Positions 1 through 8,793 of a stretch of 26,389 nt of DNA are shown here, piece by piece. The notes below the pieces were generated by a model. That model had not been told where the DNA came from, searched no databases, and worked only from the letters and a program-made list of their open reading frames with translations. The number at the start of each line of letters is the position of its first letter. Positions within the stretch are counted from its first letter, which is position 1. Position numbers and translations under genes: made by a program. The stretch comes from a virus (lineage: Duplodnaviria > Caudoviricetes), in the IMG/VR virus record IMGVR_UViG_3300012232_000044, positions 1-26,389 of that record; one strand, given 5' to 3'.

Positions 1-273
1 AGCAATGGCAGCAATCAACCCCATCTTCTGCTGAATCTGGTCAAGCTTAGTGACAAGAGTAGTAGCCCCAAAAATTACAGTACCGGCAAAGGCATATCGC
101 AGAGTGGTTCCGAATGCCCGAGTAGTCTTGTCAACTTGGCTAAGCTCACGATTTGTATTTCTAGCTTCACGCCCTACGTTCATAATTCCGCCCTTGATCT
201 GCCCCATGACAGCAAGGGCGTTTCCACCGCGAGCCGTGAATGTAGTAACGATAGTGTCTTGGATTACAGCCAT
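1..273 (-). CDS. Tape measure protein, N-terminal part (runs off the window)
   Basis: Manual translation from ATG at 273 gives MAVIQDTIVTTFTARGGNALAVMGQIKGG...KMGLIAAIA, open to base 1. It directly follows the frameshifted chaperone pair and is Ala/Gly-rich and helical in character. Not in the ORF track. Confidence 0.8.
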   Translation of the reverse strand, partial: MAVIQDTIVTTFTARGGNALAVMGQIKGGIMNVGREARNTNRELSQVDKTTRAFGTTLRYAFAGTVIFGATTLVTKLDQIQQKMGLIAAIA

Positions 274-588
274 TTATTCATCCAGTTCAATTTCAATCTC
301 TGTTTCTCCCATGTGCTCACCAGGGCGGTAGATTTCATCGAGGATTGCAGGATCAAGTTTCATTTCGTCAATCACTGGCTCTCCACATACCTCGCAGGTA
401 TCTTGTTCCCATTTGGCTATGCAGTGTCCATGAATTTTTCGTCTTCGTTCGTCATAATCACAGATTTGGTTGAGATAGACCCATGTGAGTTGGCCGGGAG
501 TAGCGTCTTCCCAATTGTTGAAAGGAAGCGCCTGAGCGCGTACCATTGTCTGCCAGATAACTCGTTCCATGGAATTCCCAAGAAGACT
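274..588 (-). CDS. Tail assembly chaperone -1 frameshift extension (gpGT-like C-terminal part)
   Basis: The 274..570 ORF is in the -1 frame relative to 417..1007 and is open back to the A7 slippery run at 588-594. It ends abutting the tape measure start. Confidence 0.8.
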   Translation of the reverse strand, partial: SLLGNSMERVIWQTMVRAQALPFNNWEDATPGQLTWVYLNQICDYDERRRKIHGHCIAKWEQDTCEVCGEPVIDEMKLDPAILDEIYRPGEHMGETEIEIELDE

Positions 589-1007
589 TTTTTTATTTCA
601 TCTACTTCTTCGTCGGTATATTGCCCCGGCGAAGGGTTGACGCTTTCTGACATTTCCAGAAACGCATCGTAGAGGGAACCAATATCTACAATTTCAAGTA
701 GTTCTGTCATTTCCTCGAAATTTGCAAACAAGGGTTGGTCGAGATTGTCAGGGTCACGTATTGCCCGAAGCAATACCTCGTTCTGTGTACGTCTATCTCT
801 AGACATTGCGCCTGAGATACTTTCAGGTACGTCCATTGCTGTAACAATTTCCATGCACTGAAGATGCTCTGCCTCAGTCAATGGGACTAGCGTTATTGTA
901 ACTTCGGGCTGACTAGGAATATGTTCCGTATGACCAACAGACTGACCAAGCCGCATTCGGTTCAGGCGAAGCTCTTTTAGCTTTTCAATTGTTGACGACA
1001 CTTCCAA
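417..1007 (-). CDS. Tail assembly chaperone (gpG-like)
   Basis: Lies between tube and tape measure. Acidic helical protein with slippery ATA AAA AAA GTC at codons 138-141. Confidence 0.8.
   Translation of the reverse strand: MEVSSTIEKLKELRLNRMRLGQSVGHTEHIPSQPEVTITLVPLTEAEHLQCMEIVTAMDVPESISGAMSRDRRTQNEVLLRAIRDPDNLDQPLFANFEEMTELLEIVDIGSLYDAFLEMSESVNPSPGQYTDEEVDEIKKVFLGIPWNELSGRQWYALRRFLSTIGKTLLPANSHGSISTKSVIMTNEDEKFMDTA
588..594 (-). other. Programmed -1 ribosomal frameshift slippery site A AAA AAA
   Basis: T7 run on the + strand, in X XXY YYZ register in the chaperone frame. The -1 frame continues SLLGNSMERVIWQ... Confidence 0.8.
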
Positions 1008-1311
1008 AAACCTCCCGCCGATTTTCGATTTCTTTTTCAGCTTCCTGGTGGGTAGTAAAAATAGCCCACTCTATCGGAACCGCGTAAAATTTTTGTTCAC
1101 ACGATCCGCATTCGGGCAAAATTGCAAATTCAGAAAGGGGGCCTTTACCCCCACTGTCAGCAACCACTGTCACTTCAGGATTAATCGTCTGACAATGAGG
1201 GCAAATAGGTGGCCCTGCTTCAATTTGAAGCACCGGATCTTCAGCGAGTTTTTCAAGGGCTATTACTGCTCGCCTAATAAGTTGCGTCTGTTCCCGCCCT
1301 AGACTATCCAT
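985..1311 (-). CDS. Hypothetical zinc-ribbon protein
   Basis: CPHC...CGSC pair. TAATG-coupled to the tube gene. Confidence 0.7.
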   Translation of the reverse strand: MDSLGREQTQLIRRAVIALEKLAEDPVLQIEAGPPICPHCQTINPEVTVVADSGGKGPLSEFAILPECGSCEQKFYAVPIEWAIFTTHQEAEKEIENRREVFGSVVNN

Positions 1312-1712
1312 TAGCCCGGAATACCGATGTAGCCAGGCGTTGAAATGTCAGCATCGAGTGTAACTGAATCCAAAGTAGACCGCACTGAAATTCTAGACCA
1401 GTTGCAGCCCTTGTATGTCTTAGTAAAGGAACCTCTACGAACATGCACATCAAAGTCACGCATCGACCTAAGAAATTCCTCGTCATTCATTCTGTTCTGA
1501 ACACCCTTTTTCAGAAGCACAGCCGAGAAAGTAACTGCACCTTCATCAGCATTCCTGAGTCGTCGGAGCACAGGGCCGTCAGTACCAAATGCACCCTGGT
1601 ACTGAATTTCCTGTCGCTGCTCCTCGCTCATTTCTTGCGTAGTAGCGAAGTCCTTGTTGTTTTCAAACGAGATATTCAAGTCTACTGCGGTAAGTCCTTC
1701 TAGCCACGCCAT
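1311..1712 (-). CDS. Tail tube protein
   Basis: 133 aa beta-rich protein immediately after the sheath, with a strong AGGAGG SD. Confidence 0.75.
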   Translation of the reverse strand: MAWLEGLTAVDLNISFENNKDFATTQEMSEEQRQEIQYQGAFGTDGPVLRRLRNADEGAVTFSAVLLKKGVQNRMNDEEFLRSMRDFDVHVRRGSFTKTYKGCNWSRISVRSTLDSVTLDADISTPGYIGIPG

Positions 1713-1728
1713 AGTTTACATTCCTCCT

Positions 1729-2865
1729 TTAAACCGGGATCGAAAGGCTGCCAGAAATTTGAATGGTCTGGATTCCACGAACAACTTTGCCGTCGTAAGA
1801 AACTGTCACCTGTCGCAAATCAGCAGAGGGAGTAACACCAATGTTGTAACCCTCTGCCCCGTCAGCTTGAACTACCGGGGAAACCCAACTGATTCGCTCA
1901 AACATAAGTGCATTTACAGCGGCCTTCAACGCATCACGAACAGGCTGAGTATTCCCACGACGGAGGAACCCGCTGGTAAGAATGTAATTCTTTACGTCTA
2001 CAAAGACTTGATCGGAAATAAGCCTAGTTGAAAGAGCGTCATAAGCCGTATTGAGAGTATAAGTTGTCCGAAGGTGAGAAGTTTGCACACCGATGCTAGC
2101 TCGGCTAGGCATCAGCGGAGAAACTCCACCTTGAAGCAAATCCTCAAAGTCGTTCGACGCTACACCGGCTGCAACCCTGTTCCTGAAAACTGGAAGACCT
2201 GACGCAGCCTTTTCAATACCTGCAAGCAGCGGCAGATCCCAAAGGTCAAGGTCGTTAGAAAGGTCGGCGTTCTTTGCAACCTCAGAAGCAACTACAGCAG
2301 CCGCATAAGAACCATCTTTCAAAACACCGTCCTGGTCATAAACACCAGGGCCAACAAGACAAAAACGACTAGATGCAATTGCTCCTGCGGCTGTAATATG
2401 CGAAGCCTTATCAGCACCATTCGCTAGCCCACCAAAGGCAACCTGCTTGTGCTGTACTAGCTCAGCGTCTTCGCATGAAGTAGCAAGGTCATTCAATTCC
2501 GACTGCACAACTGAATCTGTAAGTCGAAGCCGAATAAATTCATCACTAGCAAGGTTATCCCAAACTGTCTTACGCTCTGCAATAAGTGGTGCAGAGCCTT
2601 TCTTAGACGCGACTGCAATTACAGGAAATGCACCATGTCTAATTACAATTTCGATAACCTTGGTTAGTGAAGAAGCAACACCAAATGCTGCACGTGCGTC
2701 ACTAATAGTTGAAATTGGAGTAAGCACTCCTACTGTTGCCGTACCATCGTTATCCATCTGGCCTTCTACACCAATCGGAAGGTAAATTGGAGAAGACGGC
2801 TTGGCAATCAGAGTAGAAGCATCTACAACCTCAGGAAACAGTTGAGTGCTTGGAACCGCTGGCAT
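1729..2865 (-). CDS. Tail sheath protein (compact, 378 aa)
   Basis: Sheath-like features: N-terminal P-x-V, an 'ARAAFGVASSL' segment, 'LLQGGVSPL', 'TTY...LSTRLISDQV' and a C-terminal 'VVRGIQTIQI'. Located between terminator and tube. Confidence 0.85.
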   Translation of the reverse strand: MPAVPSTQLFPEVVDASTLIAKPSSPIYLPIGVEGQMDNDGTATVGVLTPISTISDARAAFGVASSLTKVIEIVIRHGAFPVIAVASKKGSAPLIAERKTVWDNLASDEFIRLRLTDSVVQSELNDLATSCEDAELVQHKQVAFGGLANGADKASHITAAGAIASSRFCLVGPGVYDQDGVLKDGSYAAAVVASEVAKNADLSNDLDLWDLPLLAGIEKAASGLPVFRNRVAAGVASNDFEDLLQGGVSPLMPSRASIGVQTSHLRTTYTLNTAYDALSTRLISDQVFVDVKNYILTSGFLRRGNTQPVRDALKAAVNALMFERISWVSPVVQADGAEGYNIGVTPSADLRQVTVSYDGKVVRGIQTIQISGSLSIPV

Positions 2866-2903
2866 TAGTTACTCACCAACTTTCTAATCATTTACATTTC
2901 CTC

Positions 2904-3635
2904 CTACGGAGTCTTCGTTGCATTATCGTCACCTACACCCTTGTCTTTTGCTACTTGACCCATCGGCAACTGAAGGTTGTCGTCAATGATGAGTTCTGGA
3001 ACAATTGTAATTTCTTCAATTGTCGGAATGGTCAAGCTAACCGGGGTACGACTGAAGCATCTAATGACTAGCTGGCAGTTAATCATTCTGAAAACTTGTA
3101 TGTCGTTTATGGTTTCCTGAAAGAATCGTCCACCTGTAAATTCGAGAATCTCTAGTCCACCTTCACTCTGACCTCCTATATATTGAGTAGTGGCATTTCG
3201 GAGCTTGTCGATTGCCAAAGCTCCATAGAAAAGGTTCTTAAGCGTCTGATAGGCCCGCAATCGCGCTGTAACGCCTCCTGAGCGGCTTGAACACCAGATC
3301 CCTACGTCGAGGTTGATTCGGTGCTCCCCGGCCTCCTGAGGCTTTAGAATCTCTAGAACCGGATCGTAGTTAAGTCTGTGATGTCCTTCCCCAAACCCAA
3401 GAATTCTGTCGTCTATGTCATCTATTTCAAAATGGATGACAACTTTAGACAGAGGGAGCATTTTGAGAAGGTTCTCAGTAGACGGAAATTCCATGATAAT
3501 TTCATAAACTTCCTCGCCTACAGGGAACCCATTGCTGTCAAGCACCGATCCTTGGAATCCGATTTCAGCATAATCCTTTAGACCGCGCACACATGTTTCC
3601 AACCAAGTTTCAGGGTCGTGAAGTGTAATGCTCAT
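2904..3635 (-). CDS. Tail terminator / tail completion protein
   Basis: Last neck gene before the sheath. Start reassigned to ATG 3635 (MSITLHDP), which overlaps the upstream stop as TAATG. Confidence 0.6.
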   Translation of the reverse strand: MSITLHDPETWLETCVRGLKDYAEIGFQGSVLDSNGFPVGEEVYEIIMEFPSTENLLKMLPLSKVVIHFEIDDIDDRILGFGEGHHRLNYDPVLEILKPQEAGEHRINLDVGIWCSSRSGGVTARLRAYQTLKNLFYGALAIDKLRNATTQYIGGQSEGGLEILEFTGGRFFQETINDIQVFRMINCQLVIRCFSRTPVSLTIPTIEEITIVPELIIDDNLQLPMGQVAKDKGVGDDNATKTP

Positions 3636-4210
3636 TAAGGCAACCTGCCCATCGGGAATATTCCCTGGTTCATTGTTCCCGGCCCCTGGATTCTCCAAGT
3701 AAAGCCCAACCCTTTTCTTTGACTCGGGTCAGGCATGTATACAGAAGACCAAATACGATGGTACACTTCCGTCTTATGCATAAATTTCATTGTCTTGATT
3801 AGAGACAGCTTACGAATTGGTCGTCTTACTCTACGACCGCTAGTGTGAATTCCATATTCGATGAAAAAAGCTTCACGTGAGTCATTATAAAGTTGCCATG
3901 TACCCACCCCTCTGCGACGAACTTTCCAGCCAAAGAAATACCGTCCTGAAATTCTTCTGACCGGAATCTTCCACGCATAGCTCGGGTTAGCTTGGTTAGG
4001 ATCGTGAGGGCCGAGTGACATTTTTTGAGCGATCCCTAAATTGGTATAGGCCATGAAGCGCACCAGGCGATCCATTGCAACCGGAAGCTTGCGAGGAACC
4101 CCTTGTGCCCAACGAATTTGATTTTCAATAGCAGAGAAAAGTTCAGGGCCGATTCGGAGCACCTGACGGTTCTGCCCCATGATCTGTCCACTGACCGGCA
4201 TCGGACTCAT
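3635..4210 (-). CDS. Neck / tail completion protein (HK97 gp10-like)
   Basis: Basic protein with 'N....AFFIEYG' motif, third gene of the neck module, ATGA overlap. Confidence 0.6.
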   Translation of the reverse strand: MSPMPVSGQIMGQNRQVLRIGPELFSAIENQIRWAQGVPRKLPVAMDRLVRFMAYTNLGIAQKMSLGPHDPNQANPSYAWKIPVRRISGRYFFGWKVRRRGVGTWQLYNDSREAFFIEYGIHTSGRRVRRPIRKLSLIKTMKFMHKTEVYHRIWSSVYMPDPSQRKGLGFTWRIQGPGTMNQGIFPMGRLP

Positions 4211-4701
4211 AGTGGCTCACTTGTAATTAGCCGTAGACCAACTTCAAAGTGATGGTTGACTTCCCCACCATCAGCATCAGCCATGAGGTTTGAATTTACA
4301 ACAGTGAACCGTCGCCCATTAAAGGCAATGTAATCTTCACCACTTCTACCCCAATCTTGAAAATTCAAGTTCACTCCTGCCCACTCGAAGGGAAAAACTC
4401 CTAGGTGGTCATCAGCCTCTATCTCACCGAACATTTGTAGCAGGTATTCAGTTGAAAGTCGGGTAGCCCGCGTGGATTGAATGGGTTGTATGAATGCTTT
4501 CACTGGCAGGTTGGTCGGTGAACCCGGCAAGAACCCTGCCGCGTTACACTGGTTCGCCGAAGGATTCGCCAGGTGCCACATAGGGTCGCGGTAGCCTTCC
4601 GGTGTCCTACACGGGCACACGTCGAGAGAGTCGTCACGGTGAAAGACCGCATCCGATCCGTTCCTTTTCAAAAGATCGTGAAATTGCTTATTGGTCGGCA
4701 T
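4207..4701 (-). CDS. Head closure (stopper) protein
   Basis: Follows the adaptor. Has 'EDYIAFNGRRFTVV...NHHFEVGLR' stopper-like C-terminus and a CPCR...C motif. Confidence 0.6.
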   Translation of the reverse strand: MPTNKQFHDLLKRNGSDAVFHRDDSLDVCPCRTPEGYRDPMWHLANPSANQCNAAGFLPGSPTNLPVKAFIQPIQSTRATRLSTEYLLQMFGEIEADDHLGVFPFEWAGVNLNFQDWGRSGEDYIAFNGRRFTVVNSNLMADADGGEVNHHFEVGLRLITSEPL

Positions 4702-4707
4702 ATTTCA

Positions 4708-5388
4708 TCACAGTAGCTCAATTAGCAGTCTGGTTTGGTCTACCGTAGAAGCAGCAACTAACCCACCCGCTACTTCTACTTCGGCCATTTGCAATATGGA
4801 ACTATAACTCAAACCAAGGTCGCTCTCTGCTCGACTAAGAAGCAACTTGATTAGATCGAGTGACCTTGAATTTCTTTTCTTTTGGGAGACAAGACCAACA
4901 GTGTATTCCTCTTCGCCCTCTGAAACATTGAAAATGTAGCAGCGAGCCTGAGTCAACAGCGTAAGCCCGCTCTTCTCCTGCTCTGAGGCATCCTCGATTG
5001 GAATAGCCCTAAGGTCAGTGCCAGCAGGAAAGAACCTCTCTAGAACCGCTAAGGCTTCATCGTAGATGATGTTTTCATTTATCTCAGGATCACGAATCAT
5101 TACTCGACCAACAATTTCACCAAGCAACAATTGCCTATTACCTTGGATCGAATCAGACAGTCCAAGGTTTCCATCCTTATCGTCATACCAGTCAATTGCA
5201 AACCAGTAGTCAGTTGAAGTAGCATAGGCAGTTGTGTAAGTTGAAATAAAGTCAGGATACTGACCAATCGTAGTAACTGTTTCGATCAAGTTAAACGGCC
5301 CTTCAGGAACAGGGCTTTCATAAATGCGAAGCTCCACCAAATCGTCGTTGGGCGGTGGAATGAAATCTAGCCTGACTGGTACTGACAT
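4708..5388 (-). CDS. Head-tail adaptor with N-terminal FN3/Ig-like domain
   Basis: First neck gene. N-terminal ~85 aa has an FN3-like pattern (LDFIPP...LRIYES...YWFAIDWYD..GN). C-terminal part is helical with 'EYTVGLVSQK', typical of adaptors. Confidence 0.55.
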   Translation of the reverse strand: MSVPVRLDFIPPPNDDLVELRIYESPVPEGPFNLIETVTTIGQYPDFISTYTTAYATSTDYWFAIDWYDDKDGNLGLSDSIQGNRQLLLGEIVGRVMIRDPEINENIIYDEALAVLERFFPAGTDLRAIPIEDASEQEKSGLTLLTQARCYIFNVSEGEEEYTVGLVSQKKRNSRSLDLIKLLLSRAESDLGLSYSSILQMAEVEVAGGLVAASTVDQTRLLIELL

Positions 5389-5398
5389 TTACCCTCCC

Positions 5399-8300
5399 TT
5401 AGTTAGCTGACGCCAGCTTTGCTCTGTCTTTGGTTTTTATAACAAGCGGTCTACGTCCAGTTCCAGTAATTCCAATGTTGTATGATATGAAACCCTCGTC
5501 TAGTGAGAAACCATAGTCCTCGTCTAGCTGCACCATAAGCCCATCTGTAATTCCGATACCAAAGTCAAAGACTTCGCGGAAAAGACTCGTTTCATCCTCA
5601 ACTAGCGCGAACTCACTAAGTATGAGGCTAATGCTTTGAGTTTCACTACCAGATCCAACATCGTCAATTAATACACCCTTGGCAAAGTTTTCAGTAATAG
5701 ACCCACTGTCAATCAGTGTAAACCTGGCTGCCAGTTCTGACGTGTCTGAACTGAAACCCGAATCAGAAGCAGAAGTTACAGCTACATAGAATTGATTTTC
5801 AGTTCCACTACCAACTTCTTGCTGTGTAAACGCGCTTGTCAGCAAAGAGGCATCTGATCCTGTGCCACCGTCAGACACAACTAGGCTGGTACCTGCAACG
5901 CTAGCATTTTCAGTAGAAGACCCGCTATCTGTAGTAATGACGTTGTCAGGGCTAACCCCTGAAATTGAGTTTTCAATAGAGAATATGGAGTCTGAAACTG
6001 TCCTACTGAAAGTAGATATTACATCAGTTGAGATACCGGAGTCTGAAAGAACGGCTGCAATACTCTGAAGTTCTGTGCCCGAACCTGAGTCACTCAGAAC
6101 TCTAGAAAGCGCAAGCGAATCAGAACCGGAACCAGAGTCCGAGCTACTTACTGAAATTTTAACAGCAGCGTTGTCTGTTCCTACTCCAATATCCGCCACA
6201 GGAAGGGCAACAGAGATTGCTCCTGTGTCTACCCCTGTTCCTGCTTCGCTGAGTATTCTAGAAAGCCCTGTAATTTCTACGGCTGCGCCAGCATCACTAA
6301 AGACAGACTTCAGTGAAGTAACTTCAACTGCAACACCTGTTTCCAAAACAGGTATTTGAGCAGTTACTATCGAAATATCTCCCCAAAGGCTAGTATCACC
6401 GAAAAGGAAAATAAATCCACCGGCAGCCTTTTTGGGGCGACGGTCAGAACCAAAGCCTGAATCGGTACCTGTAATTGGAGTGCCGCCAATATCCAACCCC
6501 GCGCCTGTATCAGAACTCAAAAGCGCAGCACGAACAATAGAAGCGTCTACTCCTGCACCGGAATCAGTTGTAATAAACGAAAGTTTTAGTGCCGAAGTCT
6601 CTGACCCTGTGCCGGAATCAGAAACAACAAGTGAAATTCTAGAAGCCTCAACTCCTGTTCCTGAATCAGAGCTAGAAAGTATAGTTATAATTACAGAGGC
6701 ATCTGCACCTGCGCCTGAATCTACACCGCTAATCGGGGTGCCAGAAGTTCCAGTATCGACTCCTGTAGCAATATCAGTGCTGAAAAGAGCAACTGAAACT
6801 ACAGAGGCATCTGTTCCTGTTCCAGAGTCAACACTAGTAAGAACAGTTGAAATTACTGAAGTATCTGCACCCGAGCCTGAATCAGTGCCATTAATTAATA
6901 CACCCGCGATAGAAACGCTACCATTTTCAACCACTGATCCTGAGTCAGTACCGGAAAGAGCGTATGAAATTACAGAAGGGTCTGCACCTGTTCCTGAATC
7001 AGAGCTAGAGAAAAGAGCCGCAAAAATAGATGAGTCTGTTCCTGAACCCGAATCAGAAACAATAATCGCAATTTTGGAAGTCTCTGTGTCTGTTCCGGTA
7101 TCAGAGCCAGAAAGAGCGTATGAAATTACTGAAGTATCTGATCCTGAGCCTGAATCACTTACTGAAATTGGAACGGATACTGTGGCGTTTTCAGTAGCGC
7201 CACGAACAATTACACCACCACCGAAGTCATCACCAGGCTGATTGTTGCTGAATGCAACTATTCCAATTTTATTGTTAGGGCTAGCCCCTGAATAAGAAGT
7301 GTCTTCGACCGAACCCAACAGTGTCCAAGGGCCAGTCCCGCCGCTACCCTTGTACCAAGCTTCAATTGCCGAACCCCGACAACGAATTCCAATTTTGTCG
7401 CCTGCGCTATAACCGCCGGTAGACCAACTGGCAATAGAACTACTATTTGTGGGGCTAGTCCTCTTGTTGATATTAACACTGCCACCATTTTGTGCAATTT
7501 CATAACAAGTACCTGCGGCCGGATCGAGCCGAACACAAGCATTACAAACCAATGTGGAGTTGACACTAGGCAGCGTGATATACGCTTCCACGTCCGGCCC
7601 GCCCATAGCAGTAGTCCAATAACCTCGGTTATACACCGATGCTGTGCCACCAACAACCTGATTTGAAACAATCCGCAATCCATCTGTTCCGCCCCAGGTT
7701 GTCCATCCCGTCATAGGCGGGCCTTCATCTGCCCTGTTAAAGTTATCTAGGACAGAAGTAGCATCGCCTGGTATTCCTATACCAGCCTCAAGAACTGTAA
7801 TTGAAAAAACATATGAACCTGTATCTGATCCTGTTCCTGCATCAGTACCGGAAACAGCTACCGAACCGTTATCTGTTCCTGTTCCTGTATCACTAACGGT
7901 ACTAGGCGACGGCCCACTAACAGAAGGCGCAATTTCAGCAACCATTGCTCCCCAACCTGAGGCTGAGGTAGAACCCCAAGTAATCGTAGAACCAGTCTCG
8001 CCCGAATTACGATGGCAGGATTCAGCCCCGGTAGCCGGGGAAGTGAATCCCAGGTCATCGTCCTCAGTCCACGATCCGGGTTGGGTTACGGCAGCGGGGT
8101 TGGAGCCGTTGCCACACACCCCAACACCGACGTTCGCGGTGTTGAACGCACCTGGCATTACAACTGCCGGTGTCGTAGAAGAGGCTCCCGTGCCCTTGCC
8201 CGACTGGACAATATCCAGCAGCGAACCGCTGACGGCAAAGACGACTATGTGCGCGCCCGTAGCAGCGTCGGCAGTGCAAGCGAAGGTGACGGTCATAGAC

Positions 8301-8545
8301 GAAGCAGCAGCCGCCCCATTCGCCTTGAACAGGTATATGCGGTTCACAGTGAAGTGAATTTGCGAATCGACAAGCGTGAAGCCAATCCCCTGCGAGTCCG
8401 TAAGAGTGGGAGCAGCAGCAGCCGTACCGGAAGCCACAACGAAGACCACTAGATAGTCGCCTGCCGCAGGTACAAAAGAACCCGAGGCGTAAGAAGTCCC
8501 GTTGGCGCTATCGGTGCTGTGAATCTTTAGAGCAGCAGTCGCCAT
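5399..8545 (-). CDS. 1048 aa repeat-rich virion fibre-like protein (beta domain + ConA-like domain + D-x-G-x-G-x-D repeats)
   Basis: Long ORF with a ~205 aa N-terminal beta domain, a lectin-like domain (DNFNRAD...W...) at about aa 265-445, and roughly 30 repeats of 16-18 aa counted by eye. Confidence 0.7.
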   Translation of the reverse strand: MATAALKIHSTDSANGTSYASGSFVPAAGDYLVVFVVASGTAAAAPTLTDSQGIGFTLVDSQIHFTVNRIYLFKANGAAAASSMTVTFACTADAATGAHIVVFAVSGSLLDIVQSGKGTGASSTTPAVVMPGAFNTANVGVGVCGNGSNPAAVTQPGSWTEDDDLGFTSPATGAESCHRNSGETGSTITWGSTSASGWGAMVAEIAPSVSGPSPSTVSDTGTGTDNGSVAVSGTDAGTGSDTGSYVFSITVLEAGIGIPGDATSVLDNFNRADEGPPMTGWTTWGGTDGLRIVSNQVVGGTASVYNRGYWTTAMGGPDVEAYITLPSVNSTLVCNACVRLDPAAGTCYEIAQNGGSVNINKRTSPTNSSSIASWSTGGYSAGDKIGIRCRGSAIEAWYKGSGGTGPWTLLGSVEDTSYSGASPNNKIGIVAFSNNQPGDDFGGGVIVRGATENATVSVPISVSDSGSGSDTSVISYALSGSDTGTDTETSKIAIIVSDSGSGTDSSIFAALFSSSDSGTGADPSVISYALSGTDSGSVVENGSVSIAGVLINGTDSGSGADTSVISTVLTSVDSGTGTDASVVSVALFSTDIATGVDTGTSGTPISGVDSGAGADASVIITILSSSDSGTGVEASRISLVVSDSGTGSETSALKLSFITTDSGAGVDASIVRAALLSSDTGAGLDIGGTPITGTDSGFGSDRRPKKAAGGFIFLFGDTSLWGDISIVTAQIPVLETGVAVEVTSLKSVFSDAGAAVEITGLSRILSEAGTGVDTGAISVALPVADIGVGTDNAAVKISVSSSDSGSGSDSLALSRVLSDSGSGTELQSIAAVLSDSGISTDVISTFSRTVSDSIFSIENSISGVSPDNVITTDSGSSTENASVAGTSLVVSDGGTGSDASLLTSAFTQQEVGSGTENQFYVAVTSASDSGFSSDTSELAARFTLIDSGSITENFAKGVLIDDVGSGSETQSISLILSEFALVEDETSLFREVFDFGIGITDGLMVQLDEDYGFSLDEGFISYNIGITGTGRRPLVIKTKDRAKLASAN
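6654..7129. repeat. Exact nucleotide duplications within the 1048 aa repeat region
   Basis: cctgttcctgaatcagagctaga at 6654-6676 and 6987-7009; gaaagagcgtatgaaattac at 6954-6973 and 7110-7129. Both spacings are multiples of 3. Confidence 0.85.
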
Positions 8546-8793
8546 TAATTTCCTTTTCCGTCACCAAACAGAAGGGCAAATCCACCAGCCGCAGGGTTGA
8601 AGTTTTCAAGCGCCTTTTCTAGTGCATCTTCAGCCAACTTCATTTCATTAAAAAACTTCCACCATTCCGTTTTTGTAATATCCTTATACTGAGTAGTCTT
8701 CCATTTAGAAAGCGGAACTGTTGTACGATTTATTGCAGTATTGGCATTTTGTAAATGCTGGTTGGCTGACTGTATAAGTTGAAATGTATTCAT
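8545..8793 (-). CDS. Hypothetical 82 aa helical protein with C-terminal AAGGFALLFGD motif
   Basis: Start reassigned to ATG 8793 (ATGA overlap with the upstream stop). TAATG-coupled downstream. Confidence 0.65.
   Translation of the reverse strand: MNTFQLIQSANQHLQNANTAINRTTVPLSKWKTTQYKDITKTEWWKFFNEMKLAEDALEKALENFNPAAGGFALLFGDGKGN

Noticed and set aside
50-672. Plus-strand 93 and 178 aa ORFs
   Set aside because: Antisense to the tape measure and chaperone genes, with no recognisable motifs.
1-5388. Extracellular contractile injection system or tailocin
   Set aside because: Capsid, portal and terminase are in the same operon, so this is a phage.
5862-7241. Plus-strand ORFs rich in PEPES (5862, 6075, 6432)
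   Set aside because: Antisense shadows of the D-S-G-S-G repeat codons, with no SD support.
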